From Ostrea edulis (lineage: Eukaryota): DNA of 64,000 bases. The notes under the pieces are model-generated. The model saw only the letters and a program-made list of their open reading frames with translations, was not told the origin of the DNA and did no database searches. The stretch covers positions 71,362,001-71,426,000 of the forward strand of contig NC_079168.1 of assembly GCF_947568905.1 (NCBI RefSeq), in the 5' to 3' direction. Positions 14,128 through 26,119 of this stretch are shown here, in pieces (positions within the stretch are counted from its first letter, which is position 1; each line of letters begins with the position of its first letter). Position numbers and translations under genes: made by a program.

Positions 14128-15480
14128 TAATGCTATCCATTTCACGTAATTTTTGGAATTTTTTAATTATTCTGATGTCAACCTTACGTGTATATTTTTC
14201 ACAGGTTTTGAATATAATGTCTCCAGTATGGATATGTTTGACGATTGTTACCATGGAAACGAACTCACAGACCAACATGTATGTCAAAACAGGTGGGTTT
14301 TGTTTGGTAAATTAAATATAGTGGTACCCATTTCAATCAGTTTTAGAATTTTTAAATTAGTCATACCCTTCCGTTTTTTGGTGTTTTTTTTTTACAGGTT
14401 TTAAACATGATGTCTCCAGCAAGGATATGTTTGATGATGGTTACCATGGTAACGATCTCACAGACCTATGTCAAAAATGTCTTTTTCTGATAGAATAGAC
14501 ATAATGCTATCCATTTCACTTAATTTTAGAATTTTTTAATTATTCTTATGTCAGCCATACACTTCCGGGTTCTCTACAGGTTTTAAATATGATGTCTCCA
14601 GCAAGGATATGTTTGATGATGGTTACCATGGTAACGATCTCACAGACCTATGTCAAAAATGTCTTTTTCTGATAGAATAGACATAATGCTATCCATTTCA
14701 CTTAATTTTAGAATTTTTTAATTATTCTTATGTCAGCCATACACTTCCGGGTTCTCTACAGGTTTTAAATATGATGTCTCCAGCAAGGATATGTTTGATG
14801 ATGGTTACCATGGGAACGATCTCACAGACCTATGCCAAAAATGTCATTTTCTGATAGAATAGACATAATGCTATCCATATCACTCAATTTTAGAATTTTT
14901 AAATTATTCTCATGTCAGTCATACCTTTCCATTTTTTGTTTACAGGTTTTGAACATGATGTCTCCAGCAAGGATATGTTTGATGACGGTTACCATGGAAA
15001 CGAACTCACGGACCTATGTCAAAAATGTCTTTTTCTGATAAAATAAATATAATGCTATCCATTTCATTCAATTTTAGAATTTTTTAATTATTCTGATGTC
15101 AGCCATACACTTCCGGGTTCTCTACAGGTTCTAAATATGATGTCTCCAGCAAGGATATGTTTGATGATGGTTACCATGGTAACGAACTCAAAGACCTATT
15201 TAGAAATGAATTTTTCTGTTAAATTAAAACTAATGCTAATTACTTTAATCACTTTAGGAATTTTTTCACTGCTCTGATGTCAGTTCCATACCCCTTTTTA
15301 GACAAATAGTAAATTTCAGTCAATTATAATGTCTCCAGCAAGGGTATCTTTGATGTTCGTTACCATGGAAACGAACTCACGAACCTATCTAAAAAATGTC
15401 TTTTTTCGATAAAATGAGTACAATACTATCTATTTCACTCATTTTTAGGATTTTTTAATTACTCTGATGTCAGTCCCATA
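14128..15480 (+). repeat. ~182-bp tandem repeat, about 7.5 units
   Basis: Unit starts at 14128, ~14320, 14502, 14684, 14866, 15049, 15231 and ~15420. Confidence 0.92.
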
Positions 15481-15499
15481 CATCCTTAATCTTTAATGA

Positions 15500-16640
15500 T
15501 CAGGTCTTCCGACAGTCTGTTGGAATTCCCATTGGCATAATTGTAATTTTTTATTAGATAACCTGTTTTGTGAGGAAGAATGTGTTCAAAAGCTTTCTGC
15601 ATGGCACCAAAAAAAACTTGCTGTGACCCTCAGCTCAACATTTGAATACATCCGTTTACCTGATCAGGATATAGGGCTCACGGTGGGTGTAACCGGTCGA
15701 CAGGGGATGCTAATTCCTCATAGGAACCTGATCTCACCTCTGGCGTGTCCAGAGGTCCGTGTTTGCCCAACTATCTATTTTGTACTACTGATAGGAGTTA
15801 TGAGATTGATCACTGTTCGTTATCTTCATCTTTCATCGACGACGTTTTATCTATTAACAATAGTCATTTTCACTCATATGTTGATTCGATATATCCCAGT
15901 GATCTCGAAATAAAGACACCTGTCTTCCATATCGTCTTCATATTTGTATATTTACCTGATCTCACCTCTCATGTGTCCAGGAGTCCATGTTTGTCCTACT
16001 CTTAATTTTGTATTGTTTGTTAGAATTATGAGATTGATCACTGTTCGTTATCTTCATATTTTCATTTACTGAACACAGACGTTAACGGCAATCTACCAAC
16101 TCAGTTTTATGACAAATGGAAGGATCGCATCTTCTCCATTGTCAAGATGTTTCATATCTATATACAATGCATTCCATTATCACCTGCAAATGGGATTTAT
16201 GAGTCCCAACTGATTCGATACGCAAAAACATGTTCTGCGTATAATCATTTTTAAATCGAGACAGGCTACTGGCAAATGAACTGATGTTTTAAAAAGGTTT
16301 CAAACAATTTCGTTTAAAGTCAGCAAATCACAGATTCTTTGGTCGTTGTAAAGATCTAATTTGCAATTACAATCTGTCATTGGGTCGAATGTTGGCTGAC
16401 GTTATCATACCAAATGTAAGACTGTTCTTTACATACTTATTTTGACTACGAGTTATTTCGTTTACCTGAACAATATATAGAGCTAATGGCGGGTGCGACC
16501 GGTCAAAAGAAGATGTTTACTCTTCCTAGGCACCAGATCCCACCTCTGGTGTGTTCAATTGCCCATGTTGCCCTTATCTCAATTTAGAATTCTTTATGGC
16601 ATGTTCGAGATTGATAAATCTTCGATATCTTCACTTTTCA
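15500..16640 (+). mobile_element. Degenerate PLE RT interrupted by copies of its own 3' module
   Basis: RT segments at 15520-15652, 15837-15920 and 16075-16430 alternate with 3' modules at 15653-15836, ~15952-16065 and 16435-16630. Confidence 0.82.
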
Positions 16641-17249
16641 ATAGAAATTTTATTTCAAATGTAGGACATCCTTACATTTTGATAGAATTTGATTATTTCG
16701 GTGCACAGATCGTCTGTTTGTAAACATCAATACAAGACTTATTACAAGTAATTTTAGTTTCCTTCCCATCATAACCGACTGTGGTTTGTACATTGTTTAC
16801 ATTAGATTTATTATTTGCACCATGTCACTTATAGGCCTATGTACACAAGCTGCTTACAGTAGACTCCTTGTTGCGTAAGAATAATTTAGAGCCAGACTAG
16901 GCAAATGCTACCTTCCATGAAGAAAACGGATAATTTATGGGGACACATGTGAGTCATTAAGCTAAATATAATACACCTGCATATCCATGACATGACAGCG
17001 TTTGCTGGTAATTTCTCTGCTAATTTTTTTTCCCGCGTTCACATCTTTTTTCCGGCAACTGTCTGCTGTAACAATGTTACTTCTTCGATCGATTGTTACG
17101 TTATTCTAAGCATGTCACGAAGGACCCTTTTCGCTTGACGCAACTGTTTTATTCAGTTTAGGAGTGTGAGTTATACAGAAACTGTTCAATCAAATATTTC
17201 CTTGCGTGTATCACAAGAAATGACTATAAGCTGGTTGTTATTATTTTCT

Positions 17250-17871
17250 TTAATTTGGATGATGGTATTGGTCACTGTACTGACCAATCTCTCCGTGATC
17301 ATCAACCACATCGTCATCCCTGTCTGCACTCTCGCTGTAGGGATCCAAAGCCGATGATGTTTCTTTTAGAGGCTTTTCCTTGAGACTTTGTGGTGTTTCA
17401 TGTCGTGTGTCATAAGGCTGACCTTTCGTAAAATCTGATACAATGTTATTTGCCTGCAAATTCAAAAAGATACATGTACTAGTACTCATCGGTTTCTCAC
17501 CATTAAATTATTGCATAGAAAGCTCTTTTCTATCCAAATCCATTAGCGAAATAAGTGATACTATGCACATGCAACACATGCTGACTGTTCACGTACCCAA
17601 ATATAAAAAGTACCGCATCCGGCGCTGGTTGCGTGCGCCATATCCTCGTTATACGGTTTCAAAATATGTGCCGCCATGTTGATAGAGTTTTCCTCGATGT
17701 TTACCTTATCAAATTTCCTAACCAGGGTTATCAGAGCCTTTTTCCCAGATCTCCACATCAAATACTGAATATCCATCCAATCCTTCAATACACACAATAA
17801 ATTCTAAACTTACCTGTAGATACCACATTCAGAAAAAAGATATGTACACTGTTTTTTATTTTATATATATA

Positions 17872-17916
<45 letters not shown>

Positions 17917-18072
17917 AAATTGTGTTTTTAAAAAAAAATCACAGTGTCCGGTATAAAATATTAAAAGAAATAGAATAAACAGTACACAAAGTTAAAAATT
18001 TAACGCCTGAGGATTATAAAATGAAAGCGCTTGCGTTAAATTTTTAACTTTGTGTACTGTTTATTCTATTTC

Positions 18073-18126
<54 letters not shown>

Positions 18127-18386
18127 TAATGAAAATCAGAATGACACATTCCATAAAAGCAATAATTTACTGCAGCGCTTTCGTCATATCTACATGATTC
18201 ATCAGGCAGTTCAAATATACAAAAATTGTTTAGTAACGTCTTTGTTGTGACGTCAATTAAACGAGTCCTTTATGACATAAAAAACGTTAACCGGTAGCGT
18301 TTGGTAATTGTCTACAATTCCGACATATTTTGTAAATAGATGCGAAATTGTTACAGTAGTCCATTTATTCAAATAATAATTTTTAC

Positions 18387-18462
<76 letters not shown>

Positions 18463-21400
18463 CCTCCAACATTTCCTGCCTCTCTCCTAATAACGTGAAG
18501 GTGGCTTTCATTACGTCGTGTACGATTGGTTTCGGTGATTTGTAGTTACGTAGCTCCGAGATGGTGACTTGATTCATTTCCAGAATTCCGTGTGCGTACT
18601 TCTTCGTCTTTCTTAGATCTGCCAACACATCTTCTGCTTTTTGGATGAGCGATTGCAGCTTGTTTTGGAATTTAGAAGACTTTGCATCATAGATACTGTT
18701 CTCCAATGCAGAGAGGTTCCTTCTGTTGACACTGTCTCTTAGTTCTACCACATCAAATTACCACTTACATAATGCAACGAAAAATACATTAAGCTGCCTA
18801 GCTCTACCTTTATTTTCCGTGCAAATCTTACAGTAAGAGGAAATGTTTATGCGCCCTAATATATGTCTTAGTATGCCTTCGCCATGAAATACGGATATTT
18901 ACTCGTACATGCAGTCAATAAGACGTTTTGTGAAACGCTATGTAGCCTAGTCTTATCATCATGAACATGTTTGTGTTTTTGTGTCCTAACATAACAATTG
19001 ACCTTGTCTATATATGTTTCATAAAATTCATGACCTTGACCAAAGCCGGGATAATTACTACACCCTAATGAAAACGTGTTTAGTTCGTTTCAAACTTTAA
19101 ATATTTCACAAGGTGTGATAAACACTAATACTGTTATAGATATCCCAGTGCACGCAATGACTAAACTGCTTTGATCTTGCTAACTTTAATGCACGGGAGT
19201 ATATTTAAAAGCCTAAAATAAAATTAAAATACATAATGTATTTTGTAAGGGACGATAAATACCGTTCATGAATACAATCTTTATATGGTGCATGTACAAT
19301 TCACGACTGTTCAAGGCGATCGGCAGATCCCCCATTGGTTGTGGTAATGATAAATTGAAATACAATGTACACTTGTTGAAACGAAAATAATTACTTTCAT
19401 CACGCAGGTACAAATATGCCACATTATGACCCTTCGGATCAAACTAACTGTAAATCGTGAAATTATGACCCGGCAGACTAAACTGAAACTGTAAATCGTG
19501 ATCCCGTTGAATAAACTGAAAGTAGCAATTAAATCGCGGAATTACGATCCCGTGGTCAAACTTATGCCTGCAGTATATGCATTGCCAATCAACGAATACT
19601 TGTAAAGAAATAAATTTTAAAAACCAGCAAAACGGAAGTAAGTAGGCAATCATTATCTCTCTCTCCATATTCTCAGTTTATTACTCAACAAACCTTTCGA
19701 TAGCTGAAAGTATTGAATTTTATCTTGAGCTCTTTTTATCTCCCCTTTGTCGTCCAAGTCAAACTGTGCAAACTTATTTATGGCTCGCTGAATAACAACC
19801 GGATCTTTTGATTGTAGAGAACCCTGTAGTTGAACCCTGGCTCTCTTCTCTAAAGCTGTCTGTCAAAAAATCATCAATAGTTTTATCTACATATATAATT
19901 GTGTGCATTTAAGTTGGTGGTAAGAAAACAATACCACAAAATGCGGTTAAGACATAATTACCCAAAATATGAATATAAAAAGAAGTAAAATGTTAATATG
20001 GTTCGATTGAGAAAAAATACCTCGTAACTTCGTTGTTTTCTTCCTCCTTCTTTCGCTTCTAGTAAATAATTACAGACATTTTGAAATTCCTTGTCTTCCT
20101 TTCCCTTTGTCTTTATCTGTAGACCATACTCCCCTTTTTGTGAAATTGCTAGTATGATACAAAGCTGATTTCCAACTATCCGCTGTGAAACAAAACTCCT
20201 TAGCTGCTGACTATCCATGGCATGGTGAACTAGTCTACTTTGTACTTGCATCGTTTTCGTCATTGTAAATTTTATTTCCGTTTCTCTTTTACTGTGGAAA
20301 CCAATAACACTGTCGAGATGTGTTTCAGGCTTCAATCCGGCGAGATCAGTTATAAGATTTGGACCAAAACCGACATCCGGATTGCACGGGAAAGGTTTGA
20401 TGTCGTGCCTCGCGTTTTTGCATACAAGCTTGAATGAACACACCCAAGACATATCGTCCCCTTTCAAAATTCCATGAATGTCAATTTTATAAATCCCTGG
20501 ACATGGAAACCGAACACTGAACAACACTTTACCATTCTGGTGTAGCACAGCGACATACTTATCCAACTGGCTTTCGGAGGAAATCGGTGCATCTGACTCC
20601 TCGTCATTATAGAAGAGTTCATATGTTAACATGATGTCATCAATGATGGAGCTTTTCATGGAAATATTACACATTCCGTCCTCAGAATTCAGAACACATT
20701 TTGGTGTACTCAAAATTTTCATTTTATATTCAAAAAAGGAAGGTCTGCAGTAGGGCATCTCTAGAAACTCCTCCTTTGAAATAGGGTTTCTCATAAGCTG
20801 CCACTCGGAGTTGTCAGGGAAACACCGGTAAACGAACTCCTCCGGGTCAGGTAGAAAGTAATAGTCATTAAGTATACTCACGCTCTCTCCAGTGGAGGCT
20901 GGCATCTTCTCACGAACACCCTCACCTTCATATATAGACAGGTCCATTATGTAGGTACATACAAGATTTAACACTCTATGCTTGAAAAATATCAACAGCT
21001 TAAAGCTTACCAAAGAAAATGTACATAAGAATCATAACAAGAGGCCCATGGGCAGCATCGCTCATCTGAGTCACCTTGGCCCATATTTCCCTACATATAT
21101 GCTAGGAGTGAAAGATACATCGCGATGCAGCCGAATCGCGATGTAGTGGTCTCGATTCGATGTTTGATTTATTTCGGGTCTGTTTCGGTTCGATACGGTT
21201 CTAAAACTATAGCACACAGGGTTTTTAATAACACGGCTTCTGATTGGCCAATGGACTTGAAGATTGCCCAATCAACGTACAAGTAGACTTTATTGTATCA
21301 AAATGGACATAGTGGCGTTGAAAAATGCACCTCCAATGTATAAATCGTGGGTATGTCGACACTTCGGATTTAGAACAAGTGATAAAACTGTGGCAACGTG

Positions 21401-23955
21401 TCAAATATGTTTGAAAGATGTAGCCGTGAAAACGAGACGTACTACGAATCTCACATCAGATTTGCAAAGGAAGCATGACATTCATGGATCAAAACTTACT
21501 AAAGTTACTTTTCCAACGTGACGGTAACAAGCGGAACTGACGATGAGCGTCGAGAATCCCAAAAAAGCTGGTACGAGTAAAGATGCTAATTCTCAGAAAA
21601 CGCAGAGATCGGCAAGTAGACAATTGCGTCTTACAGGTGTTTTCAGAGGAAACTTCGGGAAAGATCACCCCCGGGCACAGGCGATTACCAAGGTCATCGG
21701 ATATTTCATTGCCAGTGACATGCGGCCGTATTCTGTGGTTCAAAAGGAAAGTTTCAAACATTTAGTAAGTACTCTTTGAAGAATTTGGTACATGCTAATG
21801 CATCTAATTGAAAATCATCGAATCCAGACTAAAGTATCGAAAATCGAATCGAGAAGGTACTGTATCGTTTCACCCCTAATATATGTATGTAAAACTTTGA
21901 TCCCTATTGTGACCCCAACTTACTCCCGGGGGACATGATTTTTTGCAAACTTGAATCTGCACTATGTCAGGAAGCTTTAATGTAAATATAAACTTTTATG
22001 GTCCAGTGGTTCTGAGAAGAAGTTTTTGATGATTTTCCTTAAATATTTGTATGCAAACATTTGATCCCCTATTTGTGGCCCCATTCTACTCCCAGGGGCC
22101 ATGATTTTACAAACTTGAATCTGCACAATGTCAAGAAGCTTTCATGTAAATCTACTTTCCTGGCCCAGTGGTTCTTGAGAACAAGATTTTTAAAGATTTC
22201 CCTATTTATTTGTATGTAAAACTTTGATCCCCTATTATGGCCCCATCCCCCCCCAGGGGCATGATTTAACAAACTAGAATCTCCACTATGTCAGGAAGTT
22301 TTCATGTAAATTTCAGCTCTTTGGGTCTAATGGTTCTTGCGAAGAAACATTTTTAATGACCCTCACCCTATTTTTGTGATTATCTCCCCTTTGAAAGAGA
22401 CATGGCTCTTCATTTGAAAACACTTGAAAACCCTAAACCCAAGAATGCTTTTTGCAAAGTTTGGTTGAAATTGGTCCAGTGGTTCTAGAGGAGAAGTCGA
22501 AAATGTAGAAAGTTTACAGACAAACAGACATACGAAGGACAGCAGGCTATCAGAAAAGCTCAGTTGAGCTTTCAGCTCAGATGAGCTAATAAAGTCGACA
22601 CAATGTTTAATTAAGATAGATGACCTTTTGCCTCCACAAGAGTCCATTTTCCTGAGTTGTGTCCCACCACTACACGGCATGCCCATAGCGGAAATACAAA
22701 ACGCCAGCCGCCATTGATGTAAACAGCATTCCACATGTTGCGGAGGTTTCCTAGTTCTTTTTGACCGACATCATACCCTGCGCTCTTGGCGAAACCCTGA
22801 ATAATTGTGCAAGGGATCTTTGCCGCTCTGAAATTGGAATTAAGCAACATTGATATTCAAACTCAATTAACGATACACTAGGTATAAACCAGTGCAGTGA
22901 AGGAACCATGGGGTGGAAGAATATGGATACAAAGCGCACGAAAATCTAGAATAACACGATAACGATACAACAATCGAGGTTCTTACCGACAAAGCAGGGT
23001 AAAGAGTGTGGTGTATGAGGATTTTCCCTGTTGCATGCGTCTAAGAATTTCCATCGGTGAATTCAGTATAACATCTGTTGGAAATTTCATATCTCGGACA
23101 TTTTGTCCGACGACCCAGGAGAAAATTGCACGGACCTGCTGGACGTCACGTGTCATTCCTTTAGTAAGTAATTCGGCCAGATCTTCGAATGTGGTGGCAT
23201 CTTCCAAATTAACCTTTTTTGCTCTTTTGTCACCCTCTGCAATGTCAGCAGTTCTTAAAATGTCCGACTTTCTGTTGACTGCCGGTTTAGGTGGAGGGTA
23301 TCCATCTTCAGTTTCAGAAATGTTAATCTGATATAGACATACATAATTCTAATACTACATGTACTATAAACTTGACAATGTACTGTACACGGGAAATTTT
23401 CAGCCCGCATTATTTTCGCGCAAATTCATAGCTCAATATTGAATTAAAACGTCGGTTGTTTACTGTTTGCTTCTTTCTATCTAGATTTGAATTTATAATC
23501 GCCAATTCCTGATATATTTGAAATGAGGGAAAGTAAAACGGGGTTGAAATTTACCGCATATACCAAAATAATATTGAGTACTCTGGATTAACAACCTGTT
23601 GATATATTTGTTCTGCGGACGTCTGTAGATGTATTGTAATGATAGTAGTAAGTCTATAACTGTATCTGTGCGAACTGTAGGCATATTATGATTATTTCCT
23701 ATATTCTATAATTTTTAGAAGGATTTACGGGAGTTGCACCGCCTTTGGTTGAATATTTAGTTTTACAAATATGGTAATTTTTGCCACTTTGTGGTATTTA
23801 ACTCCCTTTGGGGACGTAAGAGGTACAAACTTGGGCTACAACCCCTCCCCCTGAAATTTTATAGTTTTTTATGCTAATGTTGTGATAACTACATGTATGA
23901 CTGTTAAAACTCTAATTCTGCTTACCTTCATTTGATCTATGAATTCAAATGTCAT
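17250..23955 (-). CDS. KY/hillarin-like protein, paralog 2 (~771 aa); first coding exon tentative
   Basis: Exons 23955-23926 (MTFEFIDQMK, tentative), 23327-22987, 22827-22625, 20925-20021, 19859-19694, 18744-18464, 17782-17597 and 17453-17250 (stop). All are GT-AG and in phase, totalling 2316 nt. Motifs GYPPPKP, VRAIFSWV, WNAVYINGGW, LNDYYFLPDPEEFVY. Confidence 0.88.
18000..18039 (+). ncRNA. Hammerhead-like motif forming the loop of a 49-bp hairpin
   Basis: TTAACGC-CTGAGGA-ttataaaat-GAAA-GCGCT-T-GCGTTAA; stem II is weak. Confidence 0.55.
18169..18210 (-). ncRNA. Degenerate hammerhead (cleavage nucleotide missing)
   Basis: Minus strand reads ACTGC-CTGATGA-ATCATG-taga-TATGAC-GAAA-GCGCT-GCAGT. 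Confidence 0.55.
18387..18456. repeat. Compound (CT)n(TA)n microsatellite just inside a paralog 2 intron; other (TA)n tracts at 17861-17893, 18078-18124, 33948-33988, 34502-34536, 35601-35625, 38095-38112 and 49367-49384
   Basis: Read directly. Confidence 0.95.
21036..22593. mobile_element. Helentron-associated non-autonomous element (HINE-like) with ~166-bp internal tandem repeats, in a paralog 2 intron
   Basis: Ends aacaagaggcccatggg...ctca.ctgag and cagaaaagctca.ttgagctttcagctcag.tgagctaa. (CAGA)-like tract near 22517. About 3 repeat units at 21887-22340. Confidence 0.72.
21103..21878 (+). mobile_element. Internally deleted hAT transposon with BED zinc-finger remnant
   Basis: Imperfect TIRs taggagtgaaagatac / gtatcgtttcacccctA; 8-bp TSD atatatgc / atatatgt. 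The ORFs contain WVCRHF..CQIC..TTNLTSDLQRKH and IGYFIASDMRPYSVV. Confidence 0.85.
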
Positions 23956-25168
23956 TTTGATTAGAAACAATTTGTATTTTGTTATTTTCTTCTAAGAGCG
24001 TGGCCTCCAAAAAAGTAGAAACTCTAACTGTAGTACAACATTACAATATAATACGTATAAAATGAATCTCCATCTTCCGGTTGAGACTGGATGGTGATTT
24101 TATGAACAATGTGCTAGATACTGTGCACAAATGCATTTTGGAAAAAAAAAAAAGAATGATTTGGAAACTAATATGGATTTGGTTGTGCTCCTTGAATTAT
24201 GTACATGTATAAAAATGTCCGGGTTTCACTCATATTGGCGACAATTACATGTAATTTTATTGTGCATTCTATCTCCTGTACCACAGGAGCTAAGCCCGTT
24301 TGGGGCCGAACTCTGTGATACCATAAATGTAGATCCGGTATCACATTTGACCTTAGATTCCAGAAGATATTATTAGTGTCATGTTGATTTGTTTTGTTTG
24401 TATGGGTTTTTTCTGTTCACTAATGTATCTTTTGGATGACCGGGGTCTTTTTGGCACGATAAAGAACTCGCCATGTTGTAGTCTTGTACAAGTCAACATT
24501 TGTGGCATTTTTGACTGAACTAATTTGGAAGGGGCGTAATACAACATAGAAACAAACAAACAAACAAGAGGTCCTTTAAGGTCACATAGATGATGGTATG
24601 AAACGAAAGGTCTTGCTATAAAATATTTATACATCAAAGATCCCGAGGGCCCGAGAGTGGACTCGCACTTCATTGTCAGCGTCTTTGAGGAAGATAGTAA
24701 TCCGGGATGAAGAATTATACAGTGGTTGTAAGAAGACAACATCCGGCAAAAACTTTTTCCAAATCAATACCGGTAGCTTGAGCTAAATCTTTTGTCAATG
24801 TTACAAAGGCTAAAGCAATTGACATCTGTAAGAAACATCATTGAAACTCACTGCATTGTGAATTTCCAGTCTTTTTACGGTATTGACTCTCAACGTATAT
24901 TTAAGAGTTTATTCGGCAACTAGTCGTAAAAAGTATAATCAAAACAAAACTAGTTTTGTTCACACAATCTCAAATATACTCAGTATATATTTGATTTAGA
25001 AATATGACTGAAATGGGTTAGAAATCTTAATACTGACTTTTACAATGATACTAGTGGGCCTTCCATACTTTTACAATAAAAGCTGTTTAATCATTTCAAA
25101 CACTACAGTCATATTAATTATACTTAAAACTATACGTTTACTTAACTATAATACCCAAATTACTTTAA

Positions 25169-25803
25169 AGGGCATGGACTCGGCTGAGCTGAAAATCTTA
25201 TTTTATTAATTTTATAAATATTTATCAATATTAATATTATATTAGTTAATTATATTATTTATATATAATATTGATTAATATATTTATTAAATATTTTTAT
25301 TAATTTTATCATTTTTCCATTTTCATTGTTTTCGGTGCTTAACTAACGTATTTCTAATGGTCAACCAAAATTTGAATATCAATTTTTTTTAGTTACAAGT
25401 GAGATACATCACTCACAATTCTTTGTTATGTAAACAAGGCTCGTGCCCTGTTTTTTGTTTATAGATTGCTTGATAGAAAAATAGCATGTTTTAAAACAGA
25501 ATGAGATGTGCTAAAACACTAGAAAACTATTAAATCATGTTTAGAGTTAACTTGTAAATTGAAAATTCTGCTTTACACTAACTTTTTACTGTTATATCTA
25601 ACTTATATGTAAACAAAAACAGGACACGAGCCTTGTTTAAATAACAAAGAATTGTGAGCTCTGTATCTCCCATGTACATCGACAAACTGTCCACTCAAAT
25701 TTTTTATGACCATTAAAAAATATCTTAGTGAAGCATTTCAAAACACTCAAAATGGAAATATAAAATTTGAAATTTTTCAGATCAAATCGTGTCCATGTCC
25801 CCT
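25169..25803. mobile_element. Kolobok-like MITE
   Basis: TTAA on both sides (25165-8, 25804-7); imperfect TIRs agggcatggac / gtccatgtcccct. Confidence 0.7.
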
Positions 25804-26004
25804 TTAAGCATGTGCTGCGAGCATGCATATGTGTATCTAAACAACTAGGTCACGTGGACCATCAAAGTAACCCTTTGGCATGACGATATGCATTTTCATA
25901 CAAACTTCATACATATCTAAATTAGTGTTTACTTATACCATAGGACTACAACGTCCACAAAGAGATGCAAAACAGGCTTGTACAACCTAGTTGAACCGTT
26001 GGTT

Positions 26005-26119
26005 GTTTTATTGTTTAACGTCCTACTCGAGAATGTTTCACTCACATGGAGATGTCATCAATGGAGGACGTCATCATTGCTGGTGAAGGGCTGTAAATTT
26101 AGACCTATGGTCGGCGCTT
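26005..26119 (-). mobile_element. SINE 3' part running into an assembly gap
   Basis: Reverse complement of the SINE tail (gtttaacgtcc..ctcgagaat...ggaga.gtca). Confidence 0.7.

Noticed and set aside
14205-14278. First unit of the 182-bp repeat as an exon (acceptor, GFEYNVSSMDMFDDCYHGNELTDQH, GTATGT)
   Set aside because: The other units lack the donor and an open frame, and no partner exons were found on the plus strand.
24353-24742. 129-aa minus-strand ORF as an upstream exon of paralog 2
   Set aside because: It has no recognisable motif or similarity to the other paralogs and no convincing splice sites in phase.
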